Assembly (NCBI GenBank): GCA_050186295.1
Contig: JBFWYP010000004.1
Location: 81,773-145,772, forward strand
Direction of reading: 5' to 3'
DNA from: Thermoanaerobaculia bacterium
GTDB lineage: Bacteria; Acidobacteriota; Thermoanaerobaculia; Multivoradales; JAGPDF01
Length of the DNA stretch: 64,000 nucleotides
Made by a program: the position numbers and the translations under genes. Positions 45,759 to 57,452 of this stretch are shown here, in pieces (positions within the stretch are counted from its first letter, which is position 1; the number at the start of each line of letters is the position of its first letter). The notes under the pieces were generated by a model. That model had not been told where the DNA came from and made no database searches. It worked only from the letters and a program-made list of their open reading frames with translations.

Positions 45759-46688
45759 TCAGCGCAGGCGGTAGGCGAGCAAGGCGCGCACGTTGAGCAG
45801 GGCGTCGTTCTCGGACGGGCCGCGGCCCAGTGGATCGCGGACGACGTCGAGCGGCGAATAGAAGAGCTCGCCCGCGAGACGCCAGCGCTCCGACGCCTGC
45901 CAGGCGATGCCGGCGGTGGCGCCGTAGTCGTCCCCCTCGTGGTGGAGCCGGCTGCGATCGACGAATCCGTCGTAGAGCGCCCGCACCTGGAAGTCGGCGT
46001 CGAGCCGCTGCCAGATCCCCGAGAGATGGAGCTCGACCGTCTCCCCCGCCCGCCAGGCGAAGCCGAGCTCGGCGCCCCAGGAGTCGATCGTCATCGTGTC
46101 GTTCGACACCTCTTCGCAGAGGAACGGATTGCCCACCGGATCGGAACCGGCGGCGACCTCGGAGGCCGGACAGGTGATGTCCCCCTCGAGATCACCGGTA
46201 AGGTAGAAGAGTTGCGCCCCGAGACGCGCCCGGTCGCCCTTCCAGAGCGGACGCCCGAGTGCCAGCGAGACCAGATTCGCCTCGACGCCGTCGAAATCGA
46301 GCGGCGGCACCCAGCCGGCCGACAGGGTCAGCTGGGCGGGAAGCCCGATGCGGAGCACGGGCCGGCCGAACAGGTTCGACCGGTTGAGGTCCTCGACCTT
46401 CGTACCGGAAAAGCCCACGCGGCGCTCCTCTTCGGAGAGCGACGGAATCGAACCGGCCTCGAGTGCGATCTCGAACGTCCCCGGAGCGATCGTGTCGGCG
46501 ACGCCGAACGCCGTCGGGGTCGCTACCGCCGTGAACCAGCGCATCGCCCAGGCCTCGGGCCGTGTCTCGTCGAGCTCCTCGGTGAACTGCGCCGCAGCCG
46601 GGGCCGCGGCGATCAAAAGCGCGGCCGCGACCGCCGCCGTCGCGAGACGGCGGGCGCGGCCGCGGAGACCTTCCACCGGTCCGCTCAC
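45759..46688 (-). CDS. Probable outer-membrane beta-barrel protein
   Basis: A GTG at 46688 overlaps the upstream stop (GTGA). Signal peptide (M)SGPVEGLRGRARRLATAAVAAALLIAAAPAAAQF. The rest has alternating amphipathic strands. Confidence 0.5.
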   Translation of the reverse strand: MSGPVEGLRGRARRLATAAVAAALLIAAAPAAAQFTEELDETRPEAWAMRWFTAVATPTAFGVADTIAPGTFEIALEAGSIPSLSEEERRVGFSGTKVEDLNRSNLFGRPVLRIGLPAQLTLSAGWVPPLDFDGVEANLVSLALGRPLWKGDRARLGAQLFYLTGDLEGDITCPASEVAAGSDPVGNPFLCEEVSNDTMTIDSWGAELGFAWRAGETVELHLSGIWQRLDADFQVRALYDGFVDRSRLHHEGDDYGATAGIAWQASERWRLAGELFYSPLDVVRDPLGRGPSENDALLNVRALLAYRLR

Positions 46689-48112
46689 GGGCAGGTCGGC
46701 AGGGCGGCGATGTCGCCATCCGAAGCGAAGTTGCCGAGCGGGTTCGAGTAGTTCTTCGTCACGCAGGCGGTGGTGTCGAGGACCTCGGTCTGAAGCCCCA
46801 GGTTGGTCGCCGCGGCGTAGAAGAACCAGTAGGCGTTGAGCTCCGATCCGCAGCCACGCACCATCTTCACCAGCATCTCGAGGTTCGACGGATCGAAGAA
46901 GTAGAAGAAGCCCGAGTCGGCGGTGGAAGGAACCGCGAACGCCGGACCGCTGCCGCCCGAGAAATCGGTCCAGGTGATGCGGACGCGGAAGCGGCTCGGA
47001 TCGCCCGAGCCACCGGCGAGGCAGAGCGTCGTCGCATCGGCAACGCACGGTTCGCAGGTGATGTCGTCGTCGGTGATCGAGACCGTCGCGGTCGACGGCG
47101 AACCGAGGGTCGCGCCGCCCGAAGGCGCCGAGAGGGTCGCGGTGAACGACTCGGAGGGCTCCTCGACGCTGTCGCCGACGATCGGCACCTGGAAATTCTT
47201 GTTCGCGCTGTCGCCGTTCCCCCACGAGAGGGTGCCGCTGGTCGCGAGGTAGTCGCTGCCGGTGAGCGCCGTTCCGTCGCCGGTGGCGTAGTTGACCGAG
47301 ATGGCGCCGGTCGAGCCGCCGGTCCGCTCGGCGGTCAGCGTGACGTTGGGCGCGCTCTCCGAAACCGTCGCCGTGGAGCTCGTGAAGCGCACGGTACCCG
47401 GGCTGCCCGGAGTGGAGTCGTTGTCGTTGATCGTCACCGTGACGACGCTCGGCGAACCGAGCGAAGCGCCGCCGCCCGGCGAGACGAGCTGCACCGAGAA
47501 GGTCTGGTTCCCTTCGACGTCCGAGTCGTCGACGATCGGCACCTGGAACGTCTTGTTGTTGTCGTCGTTGTCGGCCCAGTTGAGCGTGCCGTTGGTCTGG
47601 ATGTAGTCGGACGGGGTGTTGGCCGTCCCGTTGTTGACCGTCTCGTAGTTCACCGAGACCGCGCCGTCGTCGCCGCCGGTGCGCTGCACGGTGAGGGTGA
47701 TGTTGCCGGCCCCTTCGCTGACCGACTTCGAGGCCGAACCGGTGAAGCTGAGCGAGCCGGGCGCGCCACCGCCACCGCCGCCGCTGACCGTGATGGTGCC
47801 GAACATCGCGACGCCCGGACTGCCGTGGGCCTCGCAGTGGTAGCCGAACGTGCCCGGGCTGTTGAAGGTGTGCGTGAACGGCGGCCAGCTCGAGCTGACG
47901 TTGCCGCTGCGGAAGAGGCCGTCGTCCGAGTTGACGTTGTGCGAACCACCCATCAGCGTCCAGCGCACGGTGTCGCCGACGTTGATGGTCGGGAACTTGG
48001 GCGAGAAGCTGTTGGACGGTCCGACGGCGATCTCGACGATCGCCGCACGGGCGCCGGCGGCGAAGAGTGCGGCGACGACGAGGATCAGGATCGTTCGCGA
48101 AAGGCTGCGCAT
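46685..48112 (-). CDS. Secreted cupredoxin (plastocyanin/azurin-like) plus two Calx-beta domains plus a Cys-rich C-terminal domain
   Basis: Signal peptide MRSLSRTILILVVAALFAAGARAA. A type-1 copper site (H…YHCEAHGSPGVAMFG) gives Cys-His-Met ligands. Two Calx-beta repeats (DYIQTNGTLNWADNDDNNKTFQVPIVDDSDVEGNQTFSVQL; DYLATSGTLSWGNGDSANKNFQVPIVGDSVEEPSESFTATL). The C-terminal domain of about 110 aa has 8 Cys. Confidence 0.75.
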   Translation of the reverse strand: MRSLSRTILILVVAALFAAGARAAIVEIAVGPSNSFSPKFPTINVGDTVRWTLMGGSHNVNSDDGLFRSGNVSSSWPPFTHTFNSPGTFGYHCEAHGSPGVAMFGTITVSGGGGGGAPGSLSFTGSASKSVSEGAGNITLTVQRTGGDDGAVSVNYETVNNGTANTPSDYIQTNGTLNWADNDDNNKTFQVPIVDDSDVEGNQTFSVQLVSPGGGASLGSPSVVTVTINDNDSTPGSPGTVRFTSSTATVSESAPNVTLTAERTGGSTGAISVNYATGDGTALTGSDYLATSGTLSWGNGDSANKNFQVPIVGDSVEEPSESFTATLSAPSGGATLGSPSTATVSITDDDITCEPCVADATTLCLAGGSGDPSRFRVRITWTDFSGGSGPAFAVPSTADSGFFYFFDPSNLEMLVKMVRGCGSELNAYWFFYAAATNLGLQTEVLDTTACVTKNYSNPLGNFASDGDIAALPTCP

Positions 48113-48155
48113 GGTGGTCTCCCTGGAAGGTTTCCTCATGGATTGGACAGTGGGC

Positions 48156-48638
48156 TCACTGCTTGCGGAACAGCCGGCGCAGGATCTGGATCTGGCCGGC
48201 GTGGTAGATGTCGTGCTGGGCGATGCCGGCGACCTCGTCGGCGACCAGCCACTTCTGTTTCGGTGAGGTATTCCACAGCTCGTCGTCCCGGAGCGAGGAC
48301 ACCGCCGTCCGCAATTGGCGATGCATCGTCCGCAGGAGACGGAGATCGGCGGCGAGATCGGCAGCCTTCGGCGTCCGGCTCTCGGGACGGCGGAAGAAGT
48401 TCGATCCCGGGAGCGGAAAGCCGCCGCGCTTCTCCCCGGTCAGCCGCCGCCGGACGGCGTACTTCCAGTAGGCGCAGTGGACGGCGAGCTCCCAGACGTT
48501 GTGGCGACGCGGGTTCGGGCGGAAGACGGCCTCGGCGACGGTGAGCCCGCGCAACGATCCGGCGAGGTTCGTGCCGTGCCACGCACGGCGGTCGAACGCC
48601 TGGTCGATCTGCCGCAGCAGGAGCTCTACCCTCGTCAT
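48156..48638 (-). CDS. DinB/YfiT-like (DinB_2) four-helix-bundle metalloprotein
   Basis: WHGTNLAGSL...HCAYWKY...QHDIYHAGQI matches the His triad pattern of DinB_2. Confidence 0.6.
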   Translation of the reverse strand: MTRVELLLRQIDQAFDRRAWHGTNLAGSLRGLTVAEAVFRPNPRRHNVWELAVHCAYWKYAVRRRLTGEKRGGFPLPGSNFFRRPESRTPKAADLAADLRLLRTMHRQLRTAVSSLRDDELWNTSPKQKWLVADEVAGIAQHDIYHAGQIQILRRLFRKQ

Positions 48639-48815
48639 CGATCGCTAGGTCTCCGCTCCCGGACGGCTCCGTCCCGTCCCGTGGTCGATGGTATCTGCCG
48701 TGGGAGGTAGCAAGAGTTCTGCCGGGGACCCCTGACTTTCGTCAGGGGTCCGGTAAGATTGCGCCTCGCGCCCGCGGACGCTCCGCGGACGACTCCCCGA
48801 GAAGGAAGCCCGCGG

Positions 48816-50252
48816 ATGAGCTCCAAGACCCCCATCACCGTCGCCCACGGCGACGGCATCGGCCCCGAGATCATGGCCGCCACCCTGAACATCCTCGAAG
48901 AGGCCGGGGCGGCGCTCGAGATCGAGACGATCGAGATCGGCGAGAAGGTCTACCTCGCCGGCAACAGCGCCGGGATCGAGCCTTCCGCCTGGGACTCGCT
49001 GCTCCGCACCAAGGTCTTCCTGAAGGCTCCGATCACCACGCCGCAGGGGGGCGGATTCAAGAGCTTGAACGTCACCACCCGGAAGATGCTCGGGCTGTTC
49101 GCCAACGTGCGCCCGTGCGTCTCGTACGCGCCGTTCATCCGCACCAAGCATCCGGGGATGAACGTCGTCATCGTGCGCGAGAACGAGGAGGATCTCTACG
49201 CCGGCATCGAGCACCGCCAGACCGCCGAGGTCTACCAGTGCCTGAAGCTGATCTCGCGCCCCGGCTCGGAGAAGATCGTGCGCTACGCCTTCGAGTACGC
49301 GAAGCGCAACGGGCGCAAGAAGGTGACCTGCTTCACCAAGGACAACATCATGAAGCTGACCGATGGGCTGTTCCATCGCGTCTTCGACGAGGTCGGCGCG
49401 GACTACCCGGAGCTCGAGAAGGAGCACTGGATCGTCGACATCGGCGCCGCCAAGCTCGCCGACACGCCCGAGGCGTTCGACGTCATCGTCATGCCGAACC
49501 TGTACGGTGACATCCTCTCCGACGTCGCGGCGCAGATCGCCGGCTCGGTCGGCCTCGCCGGATCGGCGAACGTCGGCGCCCTAGCGGCGATGTTCGAGGC
49601 GATCCACGGCTCGGCGCCGCGGCGCGCCGGCCAGAACATGGCCAATCCGTCGGGGCTCCTCCACGGCGCGATCCTGATGCTGCTCCACATCGGCCAGCGC
49701 GACGTCGCCGAGCACGTCCACAACGCCTGGCTCAAGACGGTCGAGGACGGCATCCACACCTACGACATCTACAAGGACGGGATCTCGCGCGAGAAGGTCG
49801 GCACGCACGAGTTCGCGCAGGCGGTGATCACCCGCCTCGGCATGCGGCCCGAGACACTGCCGGCCGTCTCCTACGCCGGAGCCGTCGGCCAGCAGGCACC
49901 GATCGACGCCGCGCCGACGACGCCGGTCGCCAAGAAAACGGTCGGCGTCGACGTCTTCGTCGACTACCAGGGCGATGTCGCGGCGCTCGCCGATCGGCTC
50001 GGCGCCGTCGCCGGGCCGTTCACGCTGCAGACGATCGCGGCGCGCGGCGTGAAGGCGTGGCCGGAGGGCCGTCTCCTCACCGCCGGGATCGATCATTTCG
50101 CGGCGCGCTTCATGGCCGCCGACGAGGCGCCCCACGGCGAGATCGCAGCGCTCCTCGGACGCCTCGCCGGAGCCGGGATCGACTTCATCAAGACCGAGAA
50201 TCTCTGCACTTTCGACGGTCAGCCCGGCTACTCGCTCTCGCAGGGACAGTAG
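48816..50252 (+). CDS. icd: NADP-dependent isocitrate dehydrogenase (isocitrate/isopropylmalate dehydrogenase family, long form with C-terminal extension)
   Basis: ATG at 48816 after a [33 protein letters not shown] and GSAPRRAG motifs. 478 aa. Confidence 0.7.
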   Translation: MSSKTPITVAHGDGIGPEIMAATLNILEEAGAALEIETIEIGEKVYLAGNSAGIEPSAWDSLLRTKVFLKAPITTPQGGGFKSLNVTTRKMLGLFANVRPCVSYAPFIRTKHPGMNVVIVRENEEDLYAGIEHRQTAEVYQCLKLISRPGSEKIVRYAFEYAKRNGRKKVTCFTKDNIMKLTDGLFHRVFDEVGADYPELEKEHWIVDIGAAKLADTPEAFDVIVMPNLYGDILSDVAAQIAGSVGLAGSANVGALAAMFEAIHGSAPRRAGQNMANPSGLLHGAILMLLHIGQRDVAEHVHNAWLKTVEDGIHTYDIYKDGISREKVGTHEFAQAVITRLGMRPETLPAVSYAGAVGQQAPIDAAPTTPVAKKTVGVDVFVDYQGDVAALADRLGAVAGPFTLQTIAARGVKAWPEGRLLTAGIDHFAARFMAADEAPHGEIAALLGRLAGAGIDFIKTENLCTFDGQPGYSLSQGQ

Positions 50253-50264
50253 CGGCCACCCACG

Positions 50265-51713
50265 TTGGCCACCCCGATCCCCGTCAACAGCGCGCGCTTC
50301 CGGCTCGACGAGATCGTCGCGGCGACCGGGGGAGCGCTCGTCGAGCTCGCGCCGGAGCGCACCGTGCGCGGCGTCTCGACCGATTCGCGGAGCGCTCCGG
50401 AGGGGGCGCTGTTCGTCGCCCTGACCGGAGAGACGTTCGACGGCCACCGCTTCGTCGACGAGGTGCGCGGGCGCGGCGCGGTGCCGCTCGTCGCCGCCTC
50501 GCGCGCGCTCGCCGGTCCGCGCATCGAAGTCGAGGATCCGCTCGTCGCCCTCGGGGCGATCGCCCGCGCCTACGTCGATCGCGAGACGGCCGGGCGCGAC
50601 GTACCGGCGCTCACCGTCGGCGGCGCCGCCGGCAAGACGACCACCAAGACGCTCACCGCCGCGGCGGTCGCCGCTCTCTGCGGGCGTACCCTCGCCACCG
50701 CCGGCAATCTCAACAACCGGATCGGACTGCCGATGACGCTCCTCACTCTCGCCCCCGCGGACCGCGCCATCGTCCTCGAGTGCGGCACGAGCGAGCCGGG
50801 CGAGATCGCCGCGCTGGCGCGCATCGCCGCACCGGACGTCGCCACCGTCACCAACGTCGGGGTCGAGCACTCGCTCCGCCTGGGATCGGTCGACGAGATC
50901 GCCGACGAAGAGGCCGGCCTGCTCCTGGCGGCGCGGCGCGCGGCGGTCGCCAACGCCGACGATCCGCTCCTCGTGGCGCGCCTCGCCCGCGCCACGGCGA
51001 CGCGCCTTTCGTTCGGCCGCGCCGAGGGAGCCGACCTCCGTCTGGTCGAGCGCACGGTCGACGCCGCCGGCGTCTCGACGATCCGCTTCCGCACGCGCGG
51101 ACCCTGGTTCGCGGCGCGGCTCGGCGACCGCGAGCTCCGCTTCACGACCGCCCTCCTCGGCGAGACCGCGGCGATGAACGTCGCCGCCGCGGTGCTCGGT
51201 GCCTTCGCGATGCTCGATCGCACCGCATCCGACGTCGAGATCGGGCAGCTGGCCGAGGCGATCGCCGCCGTCGAAGCGGTACCGGGGCGGCTGCGACCCG
51301 TCGCGCTCGCCGACCTGCTGGTGATCGACGACAGCTACAACGCCAATCCCGGCTCGGTGCGGGCAGCGCTCTCCGCCGCGCGCGAGGTCGCCGACCGGCG
51401 CGGGGCGCGCCTGATCCTGGCGCTCGGCGACATGCTCGAGCTCGGCGACCTCGCCGCCGCCGAGCACCGCACGATGCTCCGGGCGGCCGATCGCACCGGC
51501 GCCTCCGAGCTCCTGCTCGTCGGGCCGGAGTGCGCCGGAGCCGCGGGCGCCGTCGCGGGCGGGCTCGCGACTCCGTTCCGCACCTTCGCCGACAGCCGTG
51601 CCGCCGGCGAGGCGATCGTCCGAATCGTGCGGCCGGGCGACGTGATCCTGGTGAAGGGCTCGCGTGGCATCCGGATGGAGAACCTGATCCAGCAACTGGA
51701 GGAAAGCCGATGA
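50265..51713 (+). CDS. murF: UDP-N-acetylmuramoyl-tripeptide--D-alanyl-D-alanine ligase
   Basis: N-terminal [11 protein letters not shown]...[17 protein letters not shown]. Mur-ligase P-loop [10 protein letters not shown]. The central and C-terminal Mur ligase domains are present. Confidence 0.8.
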   Translation: MATPIPVNSARFRLDEIVAATGGALVELAPERTVRGVSTDSRSAPEGALFVALTGETFDGHRFVDEVRGRGAVPLVAASRALAGPRIEVEDPLVALGAIARAYVDRETAGRDVPALTVGGAAGKTTTKTLTAAAVAALCGRTLATAGNLNNRIGLPMTLLTLAPADRAIVLECGTSEPGEIAALARIAAPDVATVTNVGVEHSLRLGSVDEIADEEAGLLLAARRAAVANADDPLLVARLARATATRLSFGRAEGADLRLVERTVDAAGVSTIRFRTRGPWFAARLGDRELRFTTALLGETAAMNVAAAVLGAFAMLDRTASDVEIGQLAEAIAAVEAVPGRLRPVALADLLVIDDSYNANPGSVRAALSAAREVADRRGARLILALGDMLELGDLAAAEHRTMLRAADRTGASELLLVGPECAGAAGAVAGGLATPFRTFADSRAAGEAIVRIVRPGDVILVKGSRGIRMENLIQQLEESR

Positions 51714-52201
51714 CCGGGACGACGCCGCTCGTGGGAATCCTGATGGGCAGCAAGAACGACTGGGAGATCATGTCCGAGGCGAAGAAGGTATTCGACGATC
51801 TCGGCATCGCCTGCGAGGCGCGGGTCCTCTCCGCGCACCGCACGCCGGACGAGGCGCTCGACTACGCCGCCGGCGCTTCGGAGCGCGGCCTCCGGGCGAT
51901 CATCGCCGGAGCCGGCGGCGCCGCACACCTCGCCGGCGTTCTCGCCGCCAAGACACTGCTGCCGGTGCTCGCCGTGCCGATCAACTCGACGCCGCTCCTC
52001 GGGCTCGACTCGCTGCTGGCGATGGTCCAGATGCCCAAGGGGATCCCGGTCGCGACCTTCGCCATCGGCAAGGCCGGGGCCGGCAACGCGGCGCTCTACG
52101 CGGCGCAGATCCTGGCGCTGCAGGACGAGACGATCGCGGCCCGGCTCACCGCCTTCCGCGAGTCGCGCCGCCAGGAGATCCTGGCGCAGAAGCTGGTCTG
52201 A
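51710..52201 (+). CDS. purE: N5-carboxyaminoimidazole ribonucleotide mutase
   Basis: ATG at 51710 overlaps the murF stop (ATGA). [14 protein letters not shown] and [15 protein letters not shown] are PurE signatures. 163 aa. Confidence 0.85.
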   Translation: MTGTTPLVGILMGSKNDWEIMSEAKKVFDDLGIACEARVLSAHRTPDEALDYAAGASERGLRAIIAGAGGAAHLAGVLAAKTLLPVLAVPINSTPLLGLDSLLAMVQMPKGIPVATFAIGKAGAGNAALYAAQILALQDETIAARLTAFRESRRQEILAQKLV

Positions 52202-52205
52202 GGAG

Positions 52206-52727
52206 TCAGATTCCGTAGCGTTCGGTGAGGATCGCCCGGTGGTGGAGCTCGTGCCCCGCCACCACCCAGGCGATCGCCCGCACCGAGAGGCCGTGACCGG
52301 AGGCCTCGCCGCGCCGCGCCCAGTCCCGCTCGCCGAACGAGCGGAAGAGGTGCAGCGTCGCTTCGCGGACCGCGTAGAGGTCGGCCAGGAGCGACTCCCA
52401 GGAGCGCGTGGCGACGTTCGCGTTCGGCGCCAGGACGTCCTGATCGAAGCCCGGGAGCGGCGTCGCGTCGCCGCGTCCGAACCGCAGGGCGCGATAGGCG
52501 AAGACCCGTTCGCAGTCGGCGATGTGGGCGACGATGTCGCGCACGGTCCATTTCCCGGGGGCGTAGCTGAAATCGGACTTCGCCTCCGGGATGGCGCCGT
52601 AGAACTCGCGGAGCTCGGCGAGCGAGCCCTCGAGCCGGTCGCGGATGTCGCCGTCGGGGACCTTGCCGATGTAGCCGGCGAGGAATTCGGAGTGTTCGTC
52701 GGACGAGGGGCGCTGGGCGAGATCCAT
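52206..52727 (-). CDS. DinB family protein (DinB_2)
   Basis: ATG at 52727 gives MDLAQRPSSDEHSEFLAGYI. Motifs WTVRDIVAHIADCE and GHELHHRAIL. Confidence 0.6.
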   Translation of the reverse strand: MDLAQRPSSDEHSEFLAGYIGKVPDGDIRDRLEGSLAELREFYGAIPEAKSDFSYAPGKWTVRDIVAHIADCERVFAYRALRFGRGDATPLPGFDQDVLAPNANVATRSWESLLADLYAVREATLHLFRSFGERDWARRGEASGHGLSVRAIAWVVAGHELHHRAILTERYGI

Positions 52728-52801
52728 GCCCGGAATTCTACCCCGGTTGCCCGCCGCACCCGCCGCAGTACAATGCCCACGGAAGTCCTGATCTGGAAGG
52801 A

Positions 52802-55074
<2,273 letters not shown>

Positions 55075-55078
<4 letters not shown>

Positions 55079-55464
55079 GCGGCGAGCTCATCTGGGTGGT
55101 CGAGGACAACGACCAGAACTTCGAGCTCGTCGACTACCTCCTGTCCGAGAACGGCTACCGTGTGCTGCGCGCCCGCGACGGCGGCGAAGTGCGTCGCCTC
55201 CTTTCGGGCGAGGCGCCGCATCTGGTGCTCCTCGACATGAATCTTCCTTCGGGCTCCGGACTCGATATCGTAGGGGAGTTGCGCCACTCTCCGCTGGTTC
55301 TCTCCGCGCCGATCGTGGCGGTCACCGCGCACGCCATGCGCGGCGACCGCGAGCGCTTCCTCGCCGCCGGCTGCGACGAGTACATCTCGAAACCGATCGA
55401 GACGAGCACGTTCCTCGAGACCGTGCGCGCGCTCCTCGATCGCGCCGCGGGAAACGAACGATGA
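55075..55464 (+). CDS. Single-domain response regulator (CheY-like receiver)
   Basis: VVEDNDQNFELV...LLDMNLP...ISKP. GTGA overlap with the upstream HK stop. Confidence 0.8.
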
Positions 55465-57446
55465 GCACTCTGCCCCGCGCACCGGCGCGGATCCTCGCGG
55501 TCGACGATCAGCCGGAGAATCTCGAGCTGCTGTCGGCGATCCTGACCGACGAGGGCTACAGCGTGGCGCTCGCCGGCGACGGCATCGCCGCCCTCGAATC
55601 GGTCGCCGCCAGTCCGCCGCAGGCGATCCTGCTCGACATCATGATGCCGCGTCTCGACGGCTTCGACGTCTGCCGCCGGCTCAAGTCGACGCGCCCGACC
55701 TGCTTCATTCCGGTGGTGATGCTGACCGCGCTCTCGGACGTGGAGAGCAAGGTGCGCGGCTTCGAAGCCGGCGCCGACGACTTCCTCAACAAGCCGTTCC
55801 ACCGCTTCGAGCTGCTCACACGCCTGCGCTCGCTCCTCCGGATCCGCAGCCTGCGGGACGAGCTCGACTCGACCGAGGAGCTGATCTTCAGCATGGTCCA
55901 CCTCCTCGAAGAGAAGGATCCGCTGACCCGCAACCATTCCCACCGGGTGGCGGCGATCGCGACGGCGGCCGGACGAGGCCTGGGGCTCGAATCGGGACGG
56001 CAGCGCAACCTGACCCTCGGCGCGCTGCTCCACGACATCGGCAAGATCGGCGTGCCGGATTCGATCCTGCTCGCGCCGGAGGGCTCGCGCGATGCCGCGG
56101 CGACCGAGGCCTACCGCCGGCACCCGGAGCTCGGTGCGCGGATCCTCGCCCCGATCGCCTCGCTCGCCGGCACGCTGCCGCTGATCCGGCACCACCACGA
56201 GCGTCGCGACGGCAGCGGCTATCCCGACGGACTCTCCGGCAGCGCACTGCCGCTCGAGGTCGAGATCCTCGCGGCGGCCAACTTCGAGGACCGTTCCCGG
56301 GCGGTGGCCGCTCCGGGGGCGAAGTCGGCGCTCCTCGCAGAGGCCGGCAACGGTCGCTTCGATCCGCGCGTCGCCGCCGCCGTGGCGAAGGCGAGCGACG
56401 AAATCGCGCGGCTGCCGGCGCTGCCGGCGATCGACGAGCTCCTCCCGGCGCCGACCATCGAGGCCGGTGGTCAGATCCTGGTGGCCGACGACAACGCGAC
56501 GAATCGCCAGCTCTACCGCGAGCTCCTCTCCCACGCCGGCTACCGGATCGAGACCGTCGACGGCGGCCGGGCGGCGCTCGAGGCGTACGAAGCGATCAAG
56601 CCCGATCTCGTCATCCTCGACATCCGCATGCCCGACATTTCGGGCGAGGAGGTCTGCCGGTGGATCAAGGCGGACGCGGCCTCCGCCTTCCTGCCGGTGG
56701 TCCTGGTCACCGCCTACGAGGAGCGCGGCCTGCGCATGCGCGCGCTCGATTCCGCCGCCGACGAGCTGCTCATCGCCCCGGTCAACCGGCTCGAGCTGCT
56801 GGCACGGGTGCGTTCGCTCCTCCGTCTCAAGATCTACCACCAGGATCTCGTGCGCCACGAGAACGTCGTCCTCTCCCTGTCGGCGGCGCTCGAGGCGAAG
56901 GATGCCTACACCCGCGGCCACAGCCAGCGCGTCGGCGAGCTCGCCACGCGCCTCGCGCAGGAGATGCGGCAGGACGCCGCCATGGTCGAGCGGATGCGGA
57001 CCGCGGGGTTGCTGCACGACATCGGCAAGGTGGCGATCCCGCAGAGCCTGCTCAACAAGCCCGGCCGGCTGTCGCCGGAGGAGTTCGCCAAGGTGATGAC
57101 CCATCCCGTGGTCGGCTGGGAGATCTGCAAGCGGCTGCGCACCGCCGAGTCGGTGCTCGACTGCATCCGCTACCACCACGAGCGGCACGACGGCAGCGGC
57201 TATCCCGACGGGCTCGTCGCCGAGGAGATCCCGTTCCAGGCCCGGCTGCTGGCGGTGGCCGACGCGCTCGACGCGCTGACGTCGGAGCGCGCCTACCGCC
57301 GGCGGCTGACGATCGACGAAGCGGTCGAGCTGCTCGCCCACGAGACGGCGGCCGGGAAGTGGGATCCGGAGATCTTCTCCGCCCTCACGTCGCTCGCCGC
57401 GCGCGGCGAGGCGGACCCGCGTCAGGCGGTCGCGGCGACCGGCTGA
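55461..57446 (+). CDS. Response regulator with tandem REC-HD-GYP modules (two receivers, two HD-GYP c-di-GMP phosphodiesterase domains)
   Basis: REC1 (ILAVDDQPENLELL...DIMMPRLDG). HD-GYP1 (HSHRVAAIA...LLHDIGKIGVPD...HHERRDGSGYPDGL). REC2 (ILVADDNATNRQLY...DIRMPDISG). HD-GYP2 (HSQRVGELA...LLHDIGKVAIP...HHERHDGSGYPDGL...ADALDALTSERAYRRRL). ATGA overlap with the upstream gene. Confidence 0.8.
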   Translation: MSTLPRAPARILAVDDQPENLELLSAILTDEGYSVALAGDGIAALESVAASPPQAILLDIMMPRLDGFDVCRRLKSTRPTCFIPVVMLTALSDVESKVRGFEAGADDFLNKPFHRFELLTRLRSLLRIRSLRDELDSTEELIFSMVHLLEEKDPLTRNHSHRVAAIATAAGRGLGLESGRQRNLTLGALLHDIGKIGVPDSILLAPEGSRDAAATEAYRRHPELGARILAPIASLAGTLPLIRHHHERRDGSGYPDGLSGSALPLEVEILAAANFEDRSRAVAAPGAKSALLAEAGNGRFDPRVAAAVAKASDEIARLPALPAIDELLPAPTIEAGGQILVADDNATNRQLYRELLSHAGYRIETVDGGRAALEAYEAIKPDLVILDIRMPDISGEEVCRWIKADAASAFLPVVLVTAYEERGLRMRALDSAADELLIAPVNRLELLARVRSLLRLKIYHQDLVRHENVVLSLSAALEAKDAYTRGHSQRVGELATRLAQEMRQDAAMVERMRTAGLLHDIGKVAIPQSLLNKPGRLSPEEFAKVMTHPVVGWEICKRLRTAESVLDCIRYHHERHDGSGYPDGLVAEEIPFQARLLAVADALDALTSERAYRRRLTIDEAVELLAHETAAGKWDPEIFSALTSLAARGEADPRQAVAATG

Positions 57447-57452
57447 GAAGCG

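Noticed and set aside
43579-46751. 665-aa minus and 987-aa plus shadow ORFs across the amidohydrolase gene
   Set aside because: Same high-GC artefact. The 42387..45605 frame has a signal peptide, TolB blades and an amidohydrolase HxH.
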